64,000 bases of DNA from Isoptericola halotolerans (GTDB taxonomy: Bacteria; Actinomycetota; Actinomycetes; Actinomycetales; Cellulomonadaceae). The DNA is taken from positions 310,001-374,000 of the forward strand of contig NZ_JABEZU010000003.1 of assembly GCF_013149785.1 (NCBI RefSeq), written 5' to 3'. Made by a program: the position numbers and the translations under genes. The notes under the pieces are model-generated. The model saw only the letters and a program-made list of their open reading frames with translations, was not told the DNA's origin and searched no databases. Positions 19,035 to 30,597 of this stretch are shown piece by piece. Numbering within the stretch: the first letter of the stretch is position 1; each line of letters begins with the position of its first letter.

Positions 19035-19844
19035 CTACAGGTCGACCGCGCGCATGAGGGTGCCGAGCTCCGTGCGACCCAGCACACGCGTGCGACCCGT
19101 CTTGAGGTCGCCGAGCACGATCGGGCCGATGCGGGTCCGGACCAGGCGCGCGACGGGGAACCCCACCGCGTCGAACATGCGGCGCACGATGCGGTTGCGA
19201 CCCTCGTGCAGCACGACCTCGAGCATCGTCCGACCGGGGACCGCGTCCACGACACGGACCTTGTCCATCCGCGCGGTGCCGTCGTCGAGATCCACGCCGG
19301 AGGTGAGCTGCTTGATGACCCGGGGATAGACCTCGCCGCCCTCGACGGTGACCAGGTAGGTCTTGGGGATCTCGTAGCGCGGGTGCGCGAGCCGGTTGCC
19401 CAGCTCCCCGTCGTTGGTGAGCAGCAGCAGCCCCTCGGAGTCCGCGTCGAGCCGACCGACGTGGAACAGCCGCTCCGGGCGGTCCTTGACGAGCTCTGCC
19501 ACGGTCGGACGCCCGTCCGGGTCGCTCATCGCCGAGATCATGTCCAACGGCTTGTTGACCGCGACCGTGATCTTCGACGGGTCGAGCTGCACGCGCATGC
19601 CGTCCACCCGGACGACCGCCTTGCCCGGGTCCACCCGGACACCCAGCTCGGTCACGATCTGTCCGTCGACCTCGACCCGGGCCTCGGAGATGAGCTCCTC
19701 GCACTTGCGACGGGACCCGAGGCCCGCCTGGGCGAGCACCTTCTGCAGGCGCACGCCGTCGGCGACGTGCACGTCGACCGTTGGCGTCTGGGTGTTCTGC
19801 GACTGCTGAGGGCGACGACGGCCGCCGCGGCGTGAGGTGGGCAT
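19035..19844 (-). CDS. rluB: rRNA pseudouridine synthase (RluB/RsuA family)
   Basis: S4 domain VRLQKVLAQAG, HVGRLD catalytic Asp, EGRNRIVRRM. Confidence 0.92.
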   Translation of the reverse strand: MPTSRRGGRRRPQQSQNTQTPTVDVHVADGVRLQKVLAQAGLGSRRKCEELISEARVEVDGQIVTELGVRVDPGKAVVRVDGMRVQLDPSKITVAVNKPLDMISAMSDPDGRPTVAELVKDRPERLFHVGRLDADSEGLLLLTNDGELGNRLAHPRYEIPKTYLVTVEGGEVYPRVIKQLTSGVDLDDGTARMDKVRVVDAVPGRTMLEVVLHEGRNRIVRRMFDAVGFPVARLVRTRIGPIVLGDLKTGRTRVLGRTELGTLMRAVDL

Positions 19845-19848
19845 GGCC

Positions 19849-20499
19849 CTATTGTCGCAGGACTCGGTCGGTGAGGTCGCCGACGGCCTCGATGCCCGGC
19901 AGGTGCGGCGCGAGCGGTGGCAGCTCGTCGAGCGACGACCACCCCATCCGGTCGAGGAACTCCCCCGTGGTGCCGAACAGCACCGCCCCCGACAGCGGGT
20001 CCTGGCCGACCTCGGCGACCAGCCCGCGGGCGAGCAGGGTGCGCACCACGCCGTCGACGTTGACACCGCGTACCGCAGAGATCTGCCCGCGGGTGACCGG
20101 CTGGCGGTAGGCCACCACCGCGAGCGTCTCGAGGGCGGCCTGGCTGAGCCGCGACGACTGGCCCTCGAGCACGAACCGGCTCACCACGTCGGCGTGCTCG
20201 CGCGAGGAGTAGACGCGCCAGCCCTCCGCGCCCTCTCGCAGCTCGAAGCCCCGTGGGCGCCCGCCCGTCTCACCGCGGTACTCCGCGGCCAGCGTCGCGA
20301 GCAGCTCGGCGACCTCGGCGGTCGGGCGCGCCACGGCCGCGGCGAGCCGTTCGGTCCGCACCGGCGTCTCGGCGACCATGAGGATCGACTCGAGCGCCGC
20401 GGCGAGCCCGCCGGGCAGCTCGTCGACGTCGAGCGCCGGGTCGTCGGACGCGCTGGCCGACGGGTCGGAGCCGTCCCGTGCGGTCGTGTCCTGCGTCAT
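19849..20499 (-). CDS. scpB: SMC-Scp complex subunit ScpB
   Basis: LSQAALETLAVVAYRQPVTR, RGVN, FGTT..FL. Confidence 0.95.
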   Translation of the reverse strand: MTQDTTARDGSDPSASASDDPALDVDELPGGLAAALESILMVAETPVRTERLAAAVARPTAEVAELLATLAAEYRGETGGRPRGFELREGAEGWRVYSSREHADVVSRFVLEGQSSRLSQAALETLAVVAYRQPVTRGQISAVRGVNVDGVVRTLLARGLVAEVGQDPLSGAVLFGTTGEFLDRMGWSSLDELPPLAPHLPGIEAVGDLTDRVLRQ

Positions 20500-21380
20500 G
20501 CGGCTCCCTCCACGGCGCCCTCGAACTCCTCGATCTCCGTGCCGATCTCGTCACCGTCGTCACCGTCGTCACCTGTCCACCGCACCGTGAGCTCGCCGAG
20601 CGGCGCGACCTGGTCGAACGCCACCTGACCGGCCCGGAAGAGCTCCAGCAGAGCCAGGAAGCGCGCCACCACGACGATCCGTTCCTCGCCGGCCGTGAGT
20701 GTGCGGAAGGTCGCCACGTGGTCGCGTCGCAGTCGTCGCGCCACGACGGTGGCCTGCTCGCGCACGCTCACCGCCGGTGCGTGCAGGTGGCTCAGACCGA
20801 CGACCGGTGGTTGTCGCGGCTCGAGCGCCTTCGCCGCCAGCTCGGCGATCCGCCCGGCGTCCAGGGTCCAGACGAGCTCGGGCAGCAGAGCGGCCACCTC
20901 GTGCTCCATCGGCACCGAGCGCGGGACCCGGCGCCCCTCGGTCGCCCACCTCTCGGCCAGGACCGTCGAGACCTCCTTGTAGGCGCGGTACTGGAGCAGC
21001 CGGGCGAAGAGCAGGTCGCGCGCCTCGAGCAGCTCGAGGTCCTCCGCGTCCTCCTCCACGATCCCCGGCAGCAGCCTCGCAGCCTTCAGGTCGAGCAGGG
21101 TCGCGGCGACCACCACGAACTCGCTCGCCACGCCCAGGTCCCAGGAGGGGTGCGTCTCGCCGCGTCCTGCGGCCTCCCGGGAGGCCGTCTCGGCCGCCCG
21201 GATGTGCGCCACGAAGTCGTCGGTCACGGCGGCCAGCGCGACCTCCGTGACGTCCAGCTTCCGCCCGGTGATGAGCGACAGCAGCAGGTCGAACGGTCCG
21301 TCGAAGTTGTCGAGGTGGACGGTGAACGCGCCCGCCCGTGCCGGTTCCCCCCGACGGCCGGTCTCAGGCGGTGCGGCCAC
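20496..21380 (-). CDS. scpA: Segregation and condensation protein A
   Basis: FDGPFDLLLSLI, ATLLDLKAARLLP, RFLALLEL. Confidence 0.95.
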   Translation of the reverse strand: MAAPPETGRRGEPARAGAFTVHLDNFDGPFDLLLSLITGRKLDVTEVALAAVTDDFVAHIRAAETASREAAGRGETHPSWDLGVASEFVVVAATLLDLKAARLLPGIVEEDAEDLELLEARDLLFARLLQYRAYKEVSTVLAERWATEGRRVPRSVPMEHEVAALLPELVWTLDAGRIAELAAKALEPRQPPVVGLSHLHAPAVSVREQATVVARRLRRDHVATFRTLTAGEERIVVVARFLALLELFRAGQVAFDQVAPLGELTVRWTGDDGDDGDEIGTEIEEFEGAVEGAA

Positions 21381-22305
21381 GGGCGACGAGCTCGCGGGCG
21401 AGCTGGCGGTAGGCCGCCGCGCCGCGGTGCGACGGCGCGTAGGCGGTGATCGGCTCAGCGGCCACGGAGGCGTCGGGGAACTTGACGGTCCGTCCGATGA
21501 CGGTGTGCAGCAGGGTGTCCCCGAAGGCCTCGTGCACGCGCTGGACGACCTCGCGCGAGTGCAGGGTCCTGGAGTCGAACATGGTCGGCAGGATGCCGTC
21601 GACCTCGAGGTCGGGGTTGAGCCGGTCCTTGACCTTGTCGATCGTCTCGACCAGCAGGGCGACGCCGCGCAGCGCGAAGAACTCGCACTCCAGCGGGATC
21701 AGGACGCCGTGGGCCGCCGTCAGGGCGTTCACCGTGAGCAGGCCGAGGGACGGCTGGCAGTCGACGAGGATCACGTCGTAGTCGGCCAGCGCGGGCCGCA
21801 GGGCGCGCGCCAGGATCGACTCACGCGCGACCTCGCCGACGAGCTGCACCTCCGCGGCCGACAGGTCGATGTTGGCCGGGACCACGTCGAGGTTCTCGAT
21901 CGCGGTGGGTCGCACCACGTCGGACAGCTCGACGTCGCGGTCCATGATCAGGTTGTAGACGCTCAGCTCGAGCTCGTGCGGACTGACCCCCACCCCGACC
22001 GACGCGGCGCCCTGCGGGTCGAAGTCCACGAGCAGCACCCTGCGGCCGTACTCCGCCAGGGCCGCCCCGAGGTTGATCGTCGTGGTGGTCTTGCCGACCC
22101 CGCCCTTCTGGTTGCACATCGCCACGATGCGGGCGGGTCCGTGGGTGGTGCGCGGGGGCGGTACCGCGAAATCGGGCATCGGTCGTCCGACGACGTCGGT
22201 GGGCGCGTCGTCCTCCGTCGTCTGGTGGCCCGGGATCCCGGGCAAGGTGCTCTCGGCCGTCGCAGGCTGCGTCATCGTGTCGCTCCCCCCGGGTGCGTCG
22301 CTCAC
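21364..22305 (-). CDS. ParA/Soj family ATPase
   Basis: NQKGGVGKTTT, VDFDPQG, DCQPSLG; probable leaderless GTG 7 nt after TAGCGT. Confidence 0.93.
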   Translation of the reverse strand: MSDAPGGSDTMTQPATAESTLPGIPGHQTTEDDAPTDVVGRPMPDFAVPPPRTTHGPARIVAMCNQKGGVGKTTTTINLGAALAEYGRRVLLVDFDPQGAASVGVGVSPHELELSVYNLIMDRDVELSDVVRPTAIENLDVVPANIDLSAAEVQLVGEVARESILARALRPALADYDVILVDCQPSLGLLTVNALTAAHGVLIPLECEFFALRGVALLVETIDKVKDRLNPDLEVDGILPTMFDSRTLHSREVVQRVHEAFGDTLLHTVIGRTVKFPDASVAAEPITAYAPSHRGAAAYRQLARELVARGRTA

Positions 22306-22401
22306 GCCCGTCACGCTACACCGGCGGTGTCCGGGGCACCGGTCCGGCGCGCGGCGCGGCGGACATCGACGGCCCGGTGCCGGGCGCTGCCGGGCGGGAG
22401 C

Positions 22402-23355
22402 CTAGAGCGCACGGGGATGCGTGGCCGCGTAGACCTCTCGCAAGGCTTCCGGGGTGACCATGGTGTAGATCTGCGTGGTCGTCACCGAGGCGTGCCCGAG
22501 CAGCTCCTGGACCACCCGGACGTCGGCCCCGCCGGCCAGCAGATGGGTGGCGAAGGAGTGCCGCAACGTGTGCGGGGAGACGTGCTCGGTCAGACCCGCC
22601 CGCGTGGCCGCGCCCTGCAGCACCGCCCAGGCGCTCTGGCGCGAGAGCCGGGCGCCTCGCGTGTTCAGGAAGAGGGCGGGGGTGCTGCGAGCCCGGGCCG
22701 ACCCGGCCACCGCGAGCGCCGGCCGGCCCCGGACGAGGTAGGCGTCCACGGCGTCCCGGGCGTACGACCCGACGGGGACCACACGTTCCTTGCTCCCCTT
22801 GCCGAACAGCCGGACCATCGCCTCGGCCCCGACGTCGTCGACGTCGAGTCCGACCACCTCGCTGATCCGCCCCCCGGTGGAGTACAGCAGCTCCAGCAGT
22901 GCCCGGTCGCGGAGCCCTGCGGGAGTGTCTCCCGACGAGGCCGCGCCGAGCAGGCGGGCGACGTCGTCGACGCTCAGGGCGTGCGGGAGCCTGCGCGTCT
23001 GGGTGGGTGCGGCCACCTCGGCCGCCGGGTCGTCGGCCGTCCAGCCCTCGGCCCGGGCGAAGCGGTGCCACCCACGGACCGCGGCGAGCGCTCGGGCCGA
23101 CGACGACGCGGACAACGGGCGACCACCGTCGGCGCCCTCGCGCACGGCCGTCAGGAAGGCGGTGACGTCACGCTCGTCGACCTGGTCCAGCCCGGTGCGA
23201 CCGGCCCCGGACAGGTGGGCGGCGTAGCGGCCCAGGTCCCGCCGGTAGGCCGCGACGGTGTTCTCCGACAGCCCTCGCTCGACCCGCAGGTGGGCGAGGT
23301 AGTCGCGCAGCGCCCTCTCGAGGGCGGGTTGCAGCAGTTCGGCCGGTGCGCTCAC
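22402..23355 (-). CDS. xerD: Tyrosine recombinase XerD
   Basis: [55 protein letters not shown]. Confidence 0.93.
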   Translation of the reverse strand: MSAPAELLQPALERALRDYLAHLRVERGLSENTVAAYRRDLGRYAAHLSGAGRTGLDQVDERDVTAFLTAVREGADGGRPLSASSSARALAAVRGWHRFARAEGWTADDPAAEVAAPTQTRRLPHALSVDDVARLLGAASSGDTPAGLRDRALLELLYSTGGRISEVVGLDVDDVGAEAMVRLFGKGSKERVVPVGSYARDAVDAYLVRGRPALAVAGSARARSTPALFLNTRGARLSRQSAWAVLQGAATRAGLTEHVSPHTLRHSFATHLLAGGADVRVVQELLGHASVTTTQIYTMVTPEALREVYAATHPRAL

Positions 23356-23389
23356 GCGCCCATCATGCCGCGTCGGCGTCGGCCGGAGG

Positions 23390-24370
23390 TCACCACGGCA
23401 GGAAGACGTCCACCGCGACGGCGACGAACAGCAGCGTCAGGTACGTGATGGAGGCGTGGAACACCTTCATGGCGCCGGGCCCGCTGCGTTCCCGGCCCTG
23501 CGACCGGCCGTGCGCCTTGCGCAGCATCGCCACGGTCAGCCACAGGAACCACCCGCCGAGGGCCGCGGCGACGACCGTGTACACCCAGGTCATGCCGGCC
23601 AGGGGAACCAGGGCCAGGGAGCAGGCGATCATCGCGACGGTGTGCCCGACCATCTCTGCCGCGACCCGGCGGTCGGAGGCGACCACGGGCAGCATCGGCA
23701 CGCCGGCGTTGGCGTAGTCCTTCTTGAACTTCACCGACAGGGGCCAGTAGTGCGGCGGCGTCCAGAAGAAGATGACGCCGAAGAGGGCCAGCGCGGCCCA
23801 GCTCAACGACTCGGTGACGGCCGCCCAGCCGATGAAGACGGGCATGCAGCCGGCGATACCGCCCCAGACGATGTTCTGGGAGGTGCGGCGCTTGAGGATC
23901 ATCGTGTAGCCGACGACGTAGATCGCGATGGCCCCGAAGGTCAGCCACGCCGCGGGGACGTTGACCAGCCACGCGAACCACAGCAGCGAGACCACGCCGA
24001 GCGCCGTGGCGAAGATCAGCGCGTGACGCGGCACGATCTCGCCCGTCACCAGCGGCCGACGCTTCGTGCGGTTCATCACCTCGTCGATGTCGCGGTCGAG
24101 GTAGCAGTTGAAGGCGTTCGCGGAGCCGGCCGCGAGCGCACCACCGACGAGCGTCTTGACCACCAGCCACAGGTCGGGCAGCCCGCCCTGCGCCAGGATC
24201 ATCGTCGGGACGGTGGTGACCAGGAGCAGCTCGATGATGCGCGGCTTGGTGAGAGCCACGTAGGCACCCACCCTGCTGCGCCAGCCGGTGCTCCGGCCGT
24301 CGACGTCGCGGCGCACGGCGGCGCGGGTCGAGGTCGACGGGTCGGGCGTCGTGCGGCTCGGGGTGCTCAC
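23390..24370 (-). CDS. ctaB: Protoheme IX farnesyltransferase (heme o synthase)
   Basis: [39 protein letters not shown]; start approximate. Confidence 0.94.
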   Translation of the reverse strand: MSTPSRTTPDPSTSTRAAVRRDVDGRSTGWRSRVGAYVALTKPRIIELLLVTTVPTMILAQGGLPDLWLVVKTLVGGALAAGSANAFNCYLDRDIDEVMNRTKRRPLVTGEIVPRHALIFATALGVVSLLWFAWLVNVPAAWLTFGAIAIYVVGYTMILKRRTSQNIVWGGIAGCMPVFIGWAAVTESLSWAALALFGVIFFWTPPHYWPLSVKFKKDYANAGVPMLPVVASDRRVAAEMVGHTVAMIACSLALVPLAGMTWVYTVVAAALGGWFLWLTVAMLRKAHGRSQGRERSGPGAMKVFHASITYLTLLFVAVAVDVFLPW

Positions 24371-24712
24371 GCGCGTGGTGCTTCCGTTCGCGAGGGGGTC
24401 GGGCAGGGCGGGTCCATCGTACGCCGGGGTGCGCGACGTCTCGCACCAGCACGGCGGGAGTGCGGTGTGAGAAACATCAGCGGCCCGGACCGCCGGCCGC
24501 GACCACATGGTGGGACGGTTCCGAGGCGTTGACGCGTCCGCCCGCCGTCACCGCTAGTGTGGAGACGCACACCGCAGGGCACTGGTGCCGTCGTGCGCAC
24601 CGGTTCGTCCGCTGCGTCCGGCGACCGTCCTCGCCGCCACGGCGAGGCCTGCCGCGCCCGGCCACCGCAGCAGAGCACCCGGGGCACCGCCTCGGGCAGG
24701 AAAGAGGCATAC

Positions 24713-26824
24713 GTGAACGCGTTCGACCCCGCACTGTCGCCGCTCGAGTGGAACGAACTCGACGCGCGCGCGGTCAAGTCCATCAAGGCGCTCGCCGCCG
24801 ACGCCGTCGAGAAGTGCGGCTCCGGCCACCCCGGGACGGCGATCTCGCTCGCGCCGGCCGCGTACCTGCTCTTCCAGAAGGCGATGCGGCACGACCCGAG
24901 CGACCCGGCATGGGTGGGCCGCGACCGGTTCGTGCTGTCGGCCGGGCACTCGTCCCTGACGCTGTACCTCCAGCTCTTCCTGGCCGGGTACGGCATGGAG
25001 ATGGACGACATCGCCGCGCTGCGCACCTGGGACTCCCAGACGCCGGGCCACCCGGAGTACGGCCACACCCCCGGCGTCGAGATCACCACCGGTCCGCTGG
25101 GCCAGGGGCTCGCCTCCGCCGTCGGCATGGCCTACGCGTCGCGTCGCGAGCGGGGCCTGCTGGACCCCGACGCCGCACCCGGCACCTCGCCGTTCGACCA
25201 CCACGTGTACGTCATCGCCTCCGACGGCGACCTGCAGGAGGGCGTCACCTCCGAGGCCTCCTCCTTGGCCGGCACCCAGCAGCTCGGCAACCTCGTCGTG
25301 ATCTGGGACGACAACAAGATCTCCATCGAGGACGACACCGAGATCGCGTTCACCGAGGACGTGCTGGCCCGCTACGAGGCGTACGGCTGGCACACCCAGC
25401 GGGTCGACTTCACCCAGGGCGGCACCGGCTACACCGAGGACACCGACGCGCTCGGCGCAGCGCTCGCCGCCGCCAAGGCCGAGACCGGCAAGCCGTCCAT
25501 CATCGCGCTGCGCACCATCATCGGCTGGCCCGCCCCCACCAAGCAGAACACCGGCGGGATCCACGGCTCGGCCATGGGCGCCGACGAGATCGCGGGCATG
25601 AAGACGGTCCTCGGGCTCGATCCCGAGAAGTCCTTCGACATCGACGACGAGGTGCTCACGCACACCCGCGCCGTCGCCGAGCGCCAGGCCGAGCAGCGCA
25701 CCGCCTGGGACACCGCCTTCGCGGCGTGGAAGACCGCGAGCCCCGAGAAGGCTGCGCTGCTGGAGCGACTCACCGCGGGCGAGCTGCCCGAGGGATGGGT
25801 CGACTCCCTGCCGACCTTCGAGGCGTCCGAGAAGGGCATCGCGACCCGCGCGGCCTCGGGCAAGGTTCTCTCGGCGCTCGCCGACACCCTTCCCGAGCTC
25901 TGGGGCGGCTCGGCCGACCTGGCCGGATCCAACAACACGACGATGGACGGCGCGGCCTCGTTCGTCCCGGTGGAGCACGCCACCAAGAAGTTCCCCGGCA
26001 ACCCGTACGGGCGCACGCTGCACTTCGGCATCCGCGAGCACGCGATGGGATCGATCCTCAACGGCATCGTGCTGCACGGCCTCACCCGGCCGTACGGCGG
26101 CACGTTCCTGCAGTTCTCCGACTACATGCGGGCGTCCGTGCGACTCGCCGCGCTGATGGGGATCCCGTCCACCTTCGTGTGGACGCACGACTCGATCGGG
26201 CTCGGCGAGGACGGTCCGACGCACCAGCCCGTCGAGCACCTGGCCGCGCTGCGTGCCATCCCGGGTCTGGACATCGTCCGTCCCGCGGACGCCAACGAGA
26301 CCGCCTGGGCCTGGCGCGGCATCCTCGAGGAGCGCCACCACCCGGCCGGTCTCGTGCTGACCCGCCAGGGGGTGCCCACGTTCCCGCGCGGCACGGAGGG
26401 CTTCGCGGGCGCCGAGGGCACCCTTCGTGGCGGCTACACGCTCCTGGACACCGAGGGCACGCCGGACGTCATCCTGGTCGGCACCGGCTCCGAGGTCCAG
26501 CTCGCGGTGGAGGCGCGCGAGCTCCTCGCCGCCGACGGCGTGGCTGCGCGTGTGGTGTCCCTGCCGAGCCGGGAGTGGTTCGACCGCCAGGACGCCGAGT
26601 ACCGCGAGTCGGTGCTGCCGTCGTCGGTCAGGGCCCGGGTCTCGGTCGAGGCGGGCGTGGCCCAGGGCTGGCGCGACATCGTCGGCGACGCCGGCCGGAG
26701 CGTGTCGCTGGAGCACTACGGCGCCTCGGCCGACCACCAGACGCTGTACCGCGAGTTCGGCATCACGGCCGAGGCCGTGGCCACCGCCGCCCGCGAGTCC
26801 CTCGCGGCGGTTCGCGGCGAGTAG
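24713..26824 (+). CDS. tkt: Transketolase
   Basis: [54 protein letters not shown]. Confidence 0.97.
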   Translation: MNAFDPALSPLEWNELDARAVKSIKALAADAVEKCGSGHPGTAISLAPAAYLLFQKAMRHDPSDPAWVGRDRFVLSAGHSSLTLYLQLFLAGYGMEMDDIAALRTWDSQTPGHPEYGHTPGVEITTGPLGQGLASAVGMAYASRRERGLLDPDAAPGTSPFDHHVYVIASDGDLQEGVTSEASSLAGTQQLGNLVVIWDDNKISIEDDTEIAFTEDVLARYEAYGWHTQRVDFTQGGTGYTEDTDALGAALAAAKAETGKPSIIALRTIIGWPAPTKQNTGGIHGSAMGADEIAGMKTVLGLDPEKSFDIDDEVLTHTRAVAERQAEQRTAWDTAFAAWKTASPEKAALLERLTAGELPEGWVDSLPTFEASEKGIATRAASGKVLSALADTLPELWGGSADLAGSNNTTMDGAASFVPVEHATKKFPGNPYGRTLHFGIREHAMGSILNGIVLHGLTRPYGGTFLQFSDYMRASVRLAALMGIPSTFVWTHDSIGLGEDGPTHQPVEHLAALRAIPGLDIVRPADANETAWAWRGILEERHHPAGLVLTRQGVPTFPRGTEGFAGAEGTLRGGYTLLDTEGTPDVILVGTGSEVQLAVEARELLAADGVAARVVSLPSREWFDRQDAEYRESVLPSSVRARVSVEAGVAQGWRDIVGDAGRSVSLEHYGASADHQTLYREFGITAEAVATAARESLAAVRGE

Positions 26825-26827
26825 CAC

Positions 26828-26865
26828 CGACGACGGCGGCCGGCGAGCGTCGGCCGCCGTCGTCG
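26828..26865 (+). terminator. 15-bp intercistronic stem-loop between tkt and tal
   Basis: CGACGACGGCGGCCG-N8-CGGCCGCCGTCGTCG. Confidence 0.55.
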
Positions 26866-26922
26866 TCCACCATGTGACGGACGCGGTGGTGCGGCCACCG
26901 CCGGCGAGGCAGGAGACCTGAC

Positions 26923-28035
26923 ATGACCGAGACGAACCGACCCACCCGGCACCTCTCCGAGGCAGGCGTGTCCATCTGGCTGGACGACCTGTCGCGCGAA
27001 CGGCTCGACACCGGAAACCTCGCGGACCTGATCGAGTCCCACGACGTCGTCGGCGTCACCACCAACCCGACGATCTTCGCCGGCGCGCTCGCGGCGGGCA
27101 ACGCCTACGACGGCGCGCTCACCGAGCTGGCGGGGACCGACGTCGAGGCCGCGGTCGAGACCATCACCACGGACGACGTCCGTGCGGCCGCCGACGTGCT
27201 GCGCGGCGTCTACGACGCCACCGACGGCGTCGACGGCCGCGTGTCCATCGAGGTCGACCCGCGCCTCGCTCGGGACACCGCTGCCACCGTCGCGACAGCG
27301 CGGCGGCTGTGGCACACGGTCGACCGTCCCAACATCATGATCAAGATCCCGGCCACGGTCGAGGGCCTCCCCGCCATCACGGAGACCATCGCCGCCGGGA
27401 TCAGCGTCAACGTCACCCTGATCTTCTCCATCGACCGCTACCGCGCCGTGATGGACGCCTTCCTGACCGGTCTGGAGCGTGCACGGGCCAACGGGCACGA
27501 CCTGGCCCCCATCGGGTCGGTGGCCTCCTTCTTCGTCTCACGGGTCGACGCTGCCGTGGACTCGGCGCTGAACGACGTCGGCACCGACACCGCCCTGGCC
27601 CTGCGGGGCCGGGCAGCGATCGCCAACGCCCGGCTCGCGTACGCCGCCTACGAGGACGTGTTCTCCTCCGAGCGGTGGCACTCGTTGGCGTCCGCCGGGG
27701 CGCACCCCCAGCGTCCCCTCTGGGCCTCGACGGGCGTCAAGGACCCCGCCTACCCCGACACCCTGTACGTCACCGAGCTGGTCGCGCCGGGCGTGGTCAA
27801 CACCATGCCCCAGGCCACGCTCGACGCCGTCGCGGACCACGGCGAGATCACCGGCGACACGGTCTCCGGCACCGCCGAGGAGGCGACCGCGACGCTGCAC
27901 GCCGTCGAGGCGCACGGCATCTCGATGGACGAGGTGACCGCGCGCCTCGAGGACGAGGGCGTGTCCAAGTTCGAGAAGAGCTGGGACGAGCTGCTCGCCA
28001 CCACCCAGACCGGCCTCGACGCCACCGGCGCCTGA
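26923..28035 (+). CDS. tal: Transaldolase
   Basis: [45 protein letters not shown]. Confidence 0.97.
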   Translation: MTETNRPTRHLSEAGVSIWLDDLSRERLDTGNLADLIESHDVVGVTTNPTIFAGALAAGNAYDGALTELAGTDVEAAVETITTDDVRAAADVLRGVYDATDGVDGRVSIEVDPRLARDTAATVATARRLWHTVDRPNIMIKIPATVEGLPAITETIAAGISVNVTLIFSIDRYRAVMDAFLTGLERARANGHDLAPIGSVASFFVSRVDAAVDSALNDVGTDTALALRGRAAIANARLAYAAYEDVFSSERWHSLASAGAHPQRPLWASTGVKDPAYPDTLYVTELVAPGVVNTMPQATLDAVADHGEITGDTVSGTAEEATATLHAVEAHGISMDEVTARLEDEGVSKFEKSWDELLATTQTGLDATGA

Positions 28036-28091
28036 GCGCGCGACGCCAGAACGCTTCACCGACGACCGCACCACGACAGAGACGGGGCACC

Positions 28092-29633
28092 GTGAGACCG
28101 GCCAAGATCACTGCTGAGCAGAACCCGCTGCGCGACCCGCTCGACCTCCGCCTGCCCCGGATCGCCGGTCCGTCCGGACTGGTCATCTTCGGTGTCACCG
28201 GCGACCTTTCCCGCAAAAAGCTGATGCCGGCCGTCTACGACCTCGCCAACCGTGGCCTGCTGCCGCCGGGCTTCGCCCTCACCGGGTTCGCCCGCCGCGA
28301 CTGGGAGGACGAGGACTTCGCGCAGATCGTCCACGACGCGGTCAAGGAGCACGCGCGCACCCCGTTCCGCGAGGCGACCTGGCAGCAGCTCAGCGAGGGC
28401 ATCCGTTTCGTGCAGGGTTCGTTCGACGACCCCGAGGCCTTCGAGCGCCTGCGCAGGACCGTCGAGGACCTGGACGCCGAGCGTGGTACCGGAGGCAACC
28501 ACGCCTTCTACCTGTCGGTGCCGCCGAGCGCCTTCCCCCTGGTGTGCGAGCAGCTCGCCCGCTCGGGCCTGTCCGAGTCCGCCGAGGACGCCTGGCGCCG
28601 GGTGGTCATCGAGAAGCCCTTCGGGCACGACCTGGCCTCCGCCCAGGAGCTCGACGCCGTGGTGTCGAAGGTCTTCGAGCCCGAGTCGGTGTTCCGCATC
28701 GACCACTACCTCGGCAAGGAGACGGTGCAGAACATCCTGGCGCTGCGCTTCGCCAACCAGATGTTCGAGCCGCTGTGGAACAGCAACTACGTCGACCACG
28801 TCCAGATCACGATGGCCGAGGACATCGGCATCGGTGGGCGTGCGGGGTACTACGACGGGGTCGGCGCGGCACGGGACGTGATCCAGAACCACCTGCTGCA
28901 GCTGCTGGCGCTCGTGGCGATGGAGGAGCCCGTCAACTTCGACGCGGACGCGCTGCGCGCCGAGAAGATCAAGGCGTTGTCCTCGGTCCGGCTGCCCCGG
29001 GACCTCTCCCGGCACACCGCCCGGGGACAGTACGCCTCCGCGTGGCAGGGCGGCGAGAAGGTCGTCGGTTTCCTCGAGGAGGAGGGCTTCAACCCGGAGT
29101 CCACCACCGAGACCTACGCTGCCGTGCGTCTCGACATCGACAACCGGCGGTGGGCCGGCGTCCCGTTCTACCTGCGCAGCGGCAAGCGTCTCGGACGTCG
29201 GGTGACCGAAGTCGCGGTCGTCTTCAAGACGGCGCCGCACCTCCCGTTCGAGAGCTCGCTGACCTCCGACCTGGGCAGCAACGCCCTGGTGATCCGCGTC
29301 CAGCCGGACGAGGGCGTCACGTTGCGGTTCGGGGCCAAGGTCCCCGGCACGGCCATGGAGGTCCGCGACGTGACGATGGACTTCGGGTACGGGCACTCCT
29401 TCACGGAGTCCTCCCCCGAGGCCTACGAGCGGCTCATCCTCGACGTGCTGCTCGGCGACCCGCCGCTGTTCCCCACCCGCGAAGAGGTCGAGCTGTCCTG
29501 GAAGATCCTCGACCCCGTCATCGCGCACTGGGCCCAACGGGGCCGTCCGGAGACCTACCCCGCCGGGTCGTGGGGTCCCCCGTCGGCCGACGCCATGATG
29601 GCTCGCGACGGACGCACCTGGCGCCGTCCCTGA
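28092..29633 (+). CDS. zwf: Glucose-6-phosphate 1-dehydrogenase
   Basis: GVTGDLSRKKL, EKPFG, RIDHYLGKE, RDVIQNH. Confidence 0.97.
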   Translation: MRPAKITAEQNPLRDPLDLRLPRIAGPSGLVIFGVTGDLSRKKLMPAVYDLANRGLLPPGFALTGFARRDWEDEDFAQIVHDAVKEHARTPFREATWQQLSEGIRFVQGSFDDPEAFERLRRTVEDLDAERGTGGNHAFYLSVPPSAFPLVCEQLARSGLSESAEDAWRRVVIEKPFGHDLASAQELDAVVSKVFEPESVFRIDHYLGKETVQNILALRFANQMFEPLWNSNYVDHVQITMAEDIGIGGRAGYYDGVGAARDVIQNHLLQLLALVAMEEPVNFDADALRAEKIKALSSVRLPRDLSRHTARGQYASAWQGGEKVVGFLEEEGFNPESTTETYAAVRLDIDNRRWAGVPFYLRSGKRLGRRVTEVAVVFKTAPHLPFESSLTSDLGSNALVIRVQPDEGVTLRFGAKVPGTAMEVRDVTMDFGYGHSFTESSPEAYERLILDVLLGDPPLFPTREEVELSWKILDPVIAHWAQRGRPETYPAGSWGPPSADAMMARDGRTWRRP

Positions 29634-29661
29634 TCCGCCGGCACGACCAAGGAGCACTCCC

Positions 29662-30597
29662 ATGATCATCGACATGCCGGACACCACGACGAACGCGGTC
29701 AGCAAGCGTCTCGACCAACTGCGCGACGAGGGTGGTGCCGTGGCCCTCGGCCGCGTGCTGACGCTCGTCGTGGTCGCCGCCGAGGTCGACATCGAGGCGG
29801 CGGTGTCGGCCGCGAACGAGGCCAGCCACGAACATCCCTGCCGGGTCGTGGTCGTCGCGCCGCTGGCCACGCACGCCGCGACCGGACGGCTGGACGCCCA
29901 GATCCGCGTCGGCGGTGACGCCGGCGCCTCGGAGGTCATCGTCCTGCGGTGCGCCGAGCCCCTGGGTGACCACCCCGACACCCTGGTGATGCCGTTGCTG
30001 CTGTCCGACGCGCCGATCGTGGTGTGGTGGCCCACCGGTGGCCCCGACGACCCGACGGCCGACCCCCTGGGCGCCATGGCGCAGCGCCGCATCACCGACA
30101 CGACGACCGCGGACGACCCCGTCGCCAAGCTGGGAAGCCTCGCCAGGTCGTTCACCGAGGGCGACACCGACCTCGCCTGGGCTCGGGTCACCCTGTGGCG
30201 CGGGCTGATCGCCGCTGCGATCGACCAGCCACCCTACGAGCCGGTGACCTCCGTCCGTGTCGAGGGACAGGCGGAGCACACCTCGCTCGACCTGCTCGCC
30301 GCCTGGCTGGGCCTGAAGCTGAAGTGTGCGGCGACGGTGGTCCGTACGCCCGGCTCGGACGCCATCACCCGTGTCACCCTCGAACGCAAGAGCGGGCCCA
30401 TCGTCCTGGACCGGCCGGACGGCCGCGTCGTGACGATCAACCAGCCCGGCAAGCCCGAACGTCGCATGTCGCTACCGATCCGGTCGCTGTCGGAAGCGCT
30501 CATCGAAGAGCTGCGGCGGCTCGACCCCGACGAGATCTACGGACAGGTGCTGGGCAAGGGCCTGGGCCGGATCGCGACCGTCGAGGATGCCTCGTGA
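29662..30597 (+). CDS. opcA: G6PDH assembly protein OpcA
   Basis: GRVLTLVV, ASHEHPCRV, RLDAQIRVGGDAGASE, GDTDLAW; zwf-opcA-pgl synteny. Confidence 0.93.
   Translation: MIIDMPDTTTNAVSKRLDQLRDEGGAVALGRVLTLVVVAAEVDIEAAVSAANEASHEHPCRVVVVAPLATHAATGRLDAQIRVGGDAGASEVIVLRCAEPLGDHPDTLVMPLLLSDAPIVVWWPTGGPDDPTADPLGAMAQRRITDTTTADDPVAKLGSLARSFTEGDTDLAWARVTLWRGLIAAAIDQPPYEPVTSVRVEGQAEHTSLDLLAAWLGLKLKCAATVVRTPGSDAITRVTLERKSGPIVLDRPDGRVVTINQPGKPERRMSLPIRSLSEALIEELRRLDPDEIYGQVLGKGLGRIATVEDAS

Noticed and set aside
22402..23355. xerD as a sign of a mobile element
   Set aside because: It is the housekeeping recombinase in the conserved xerD-parA-scpAB context.
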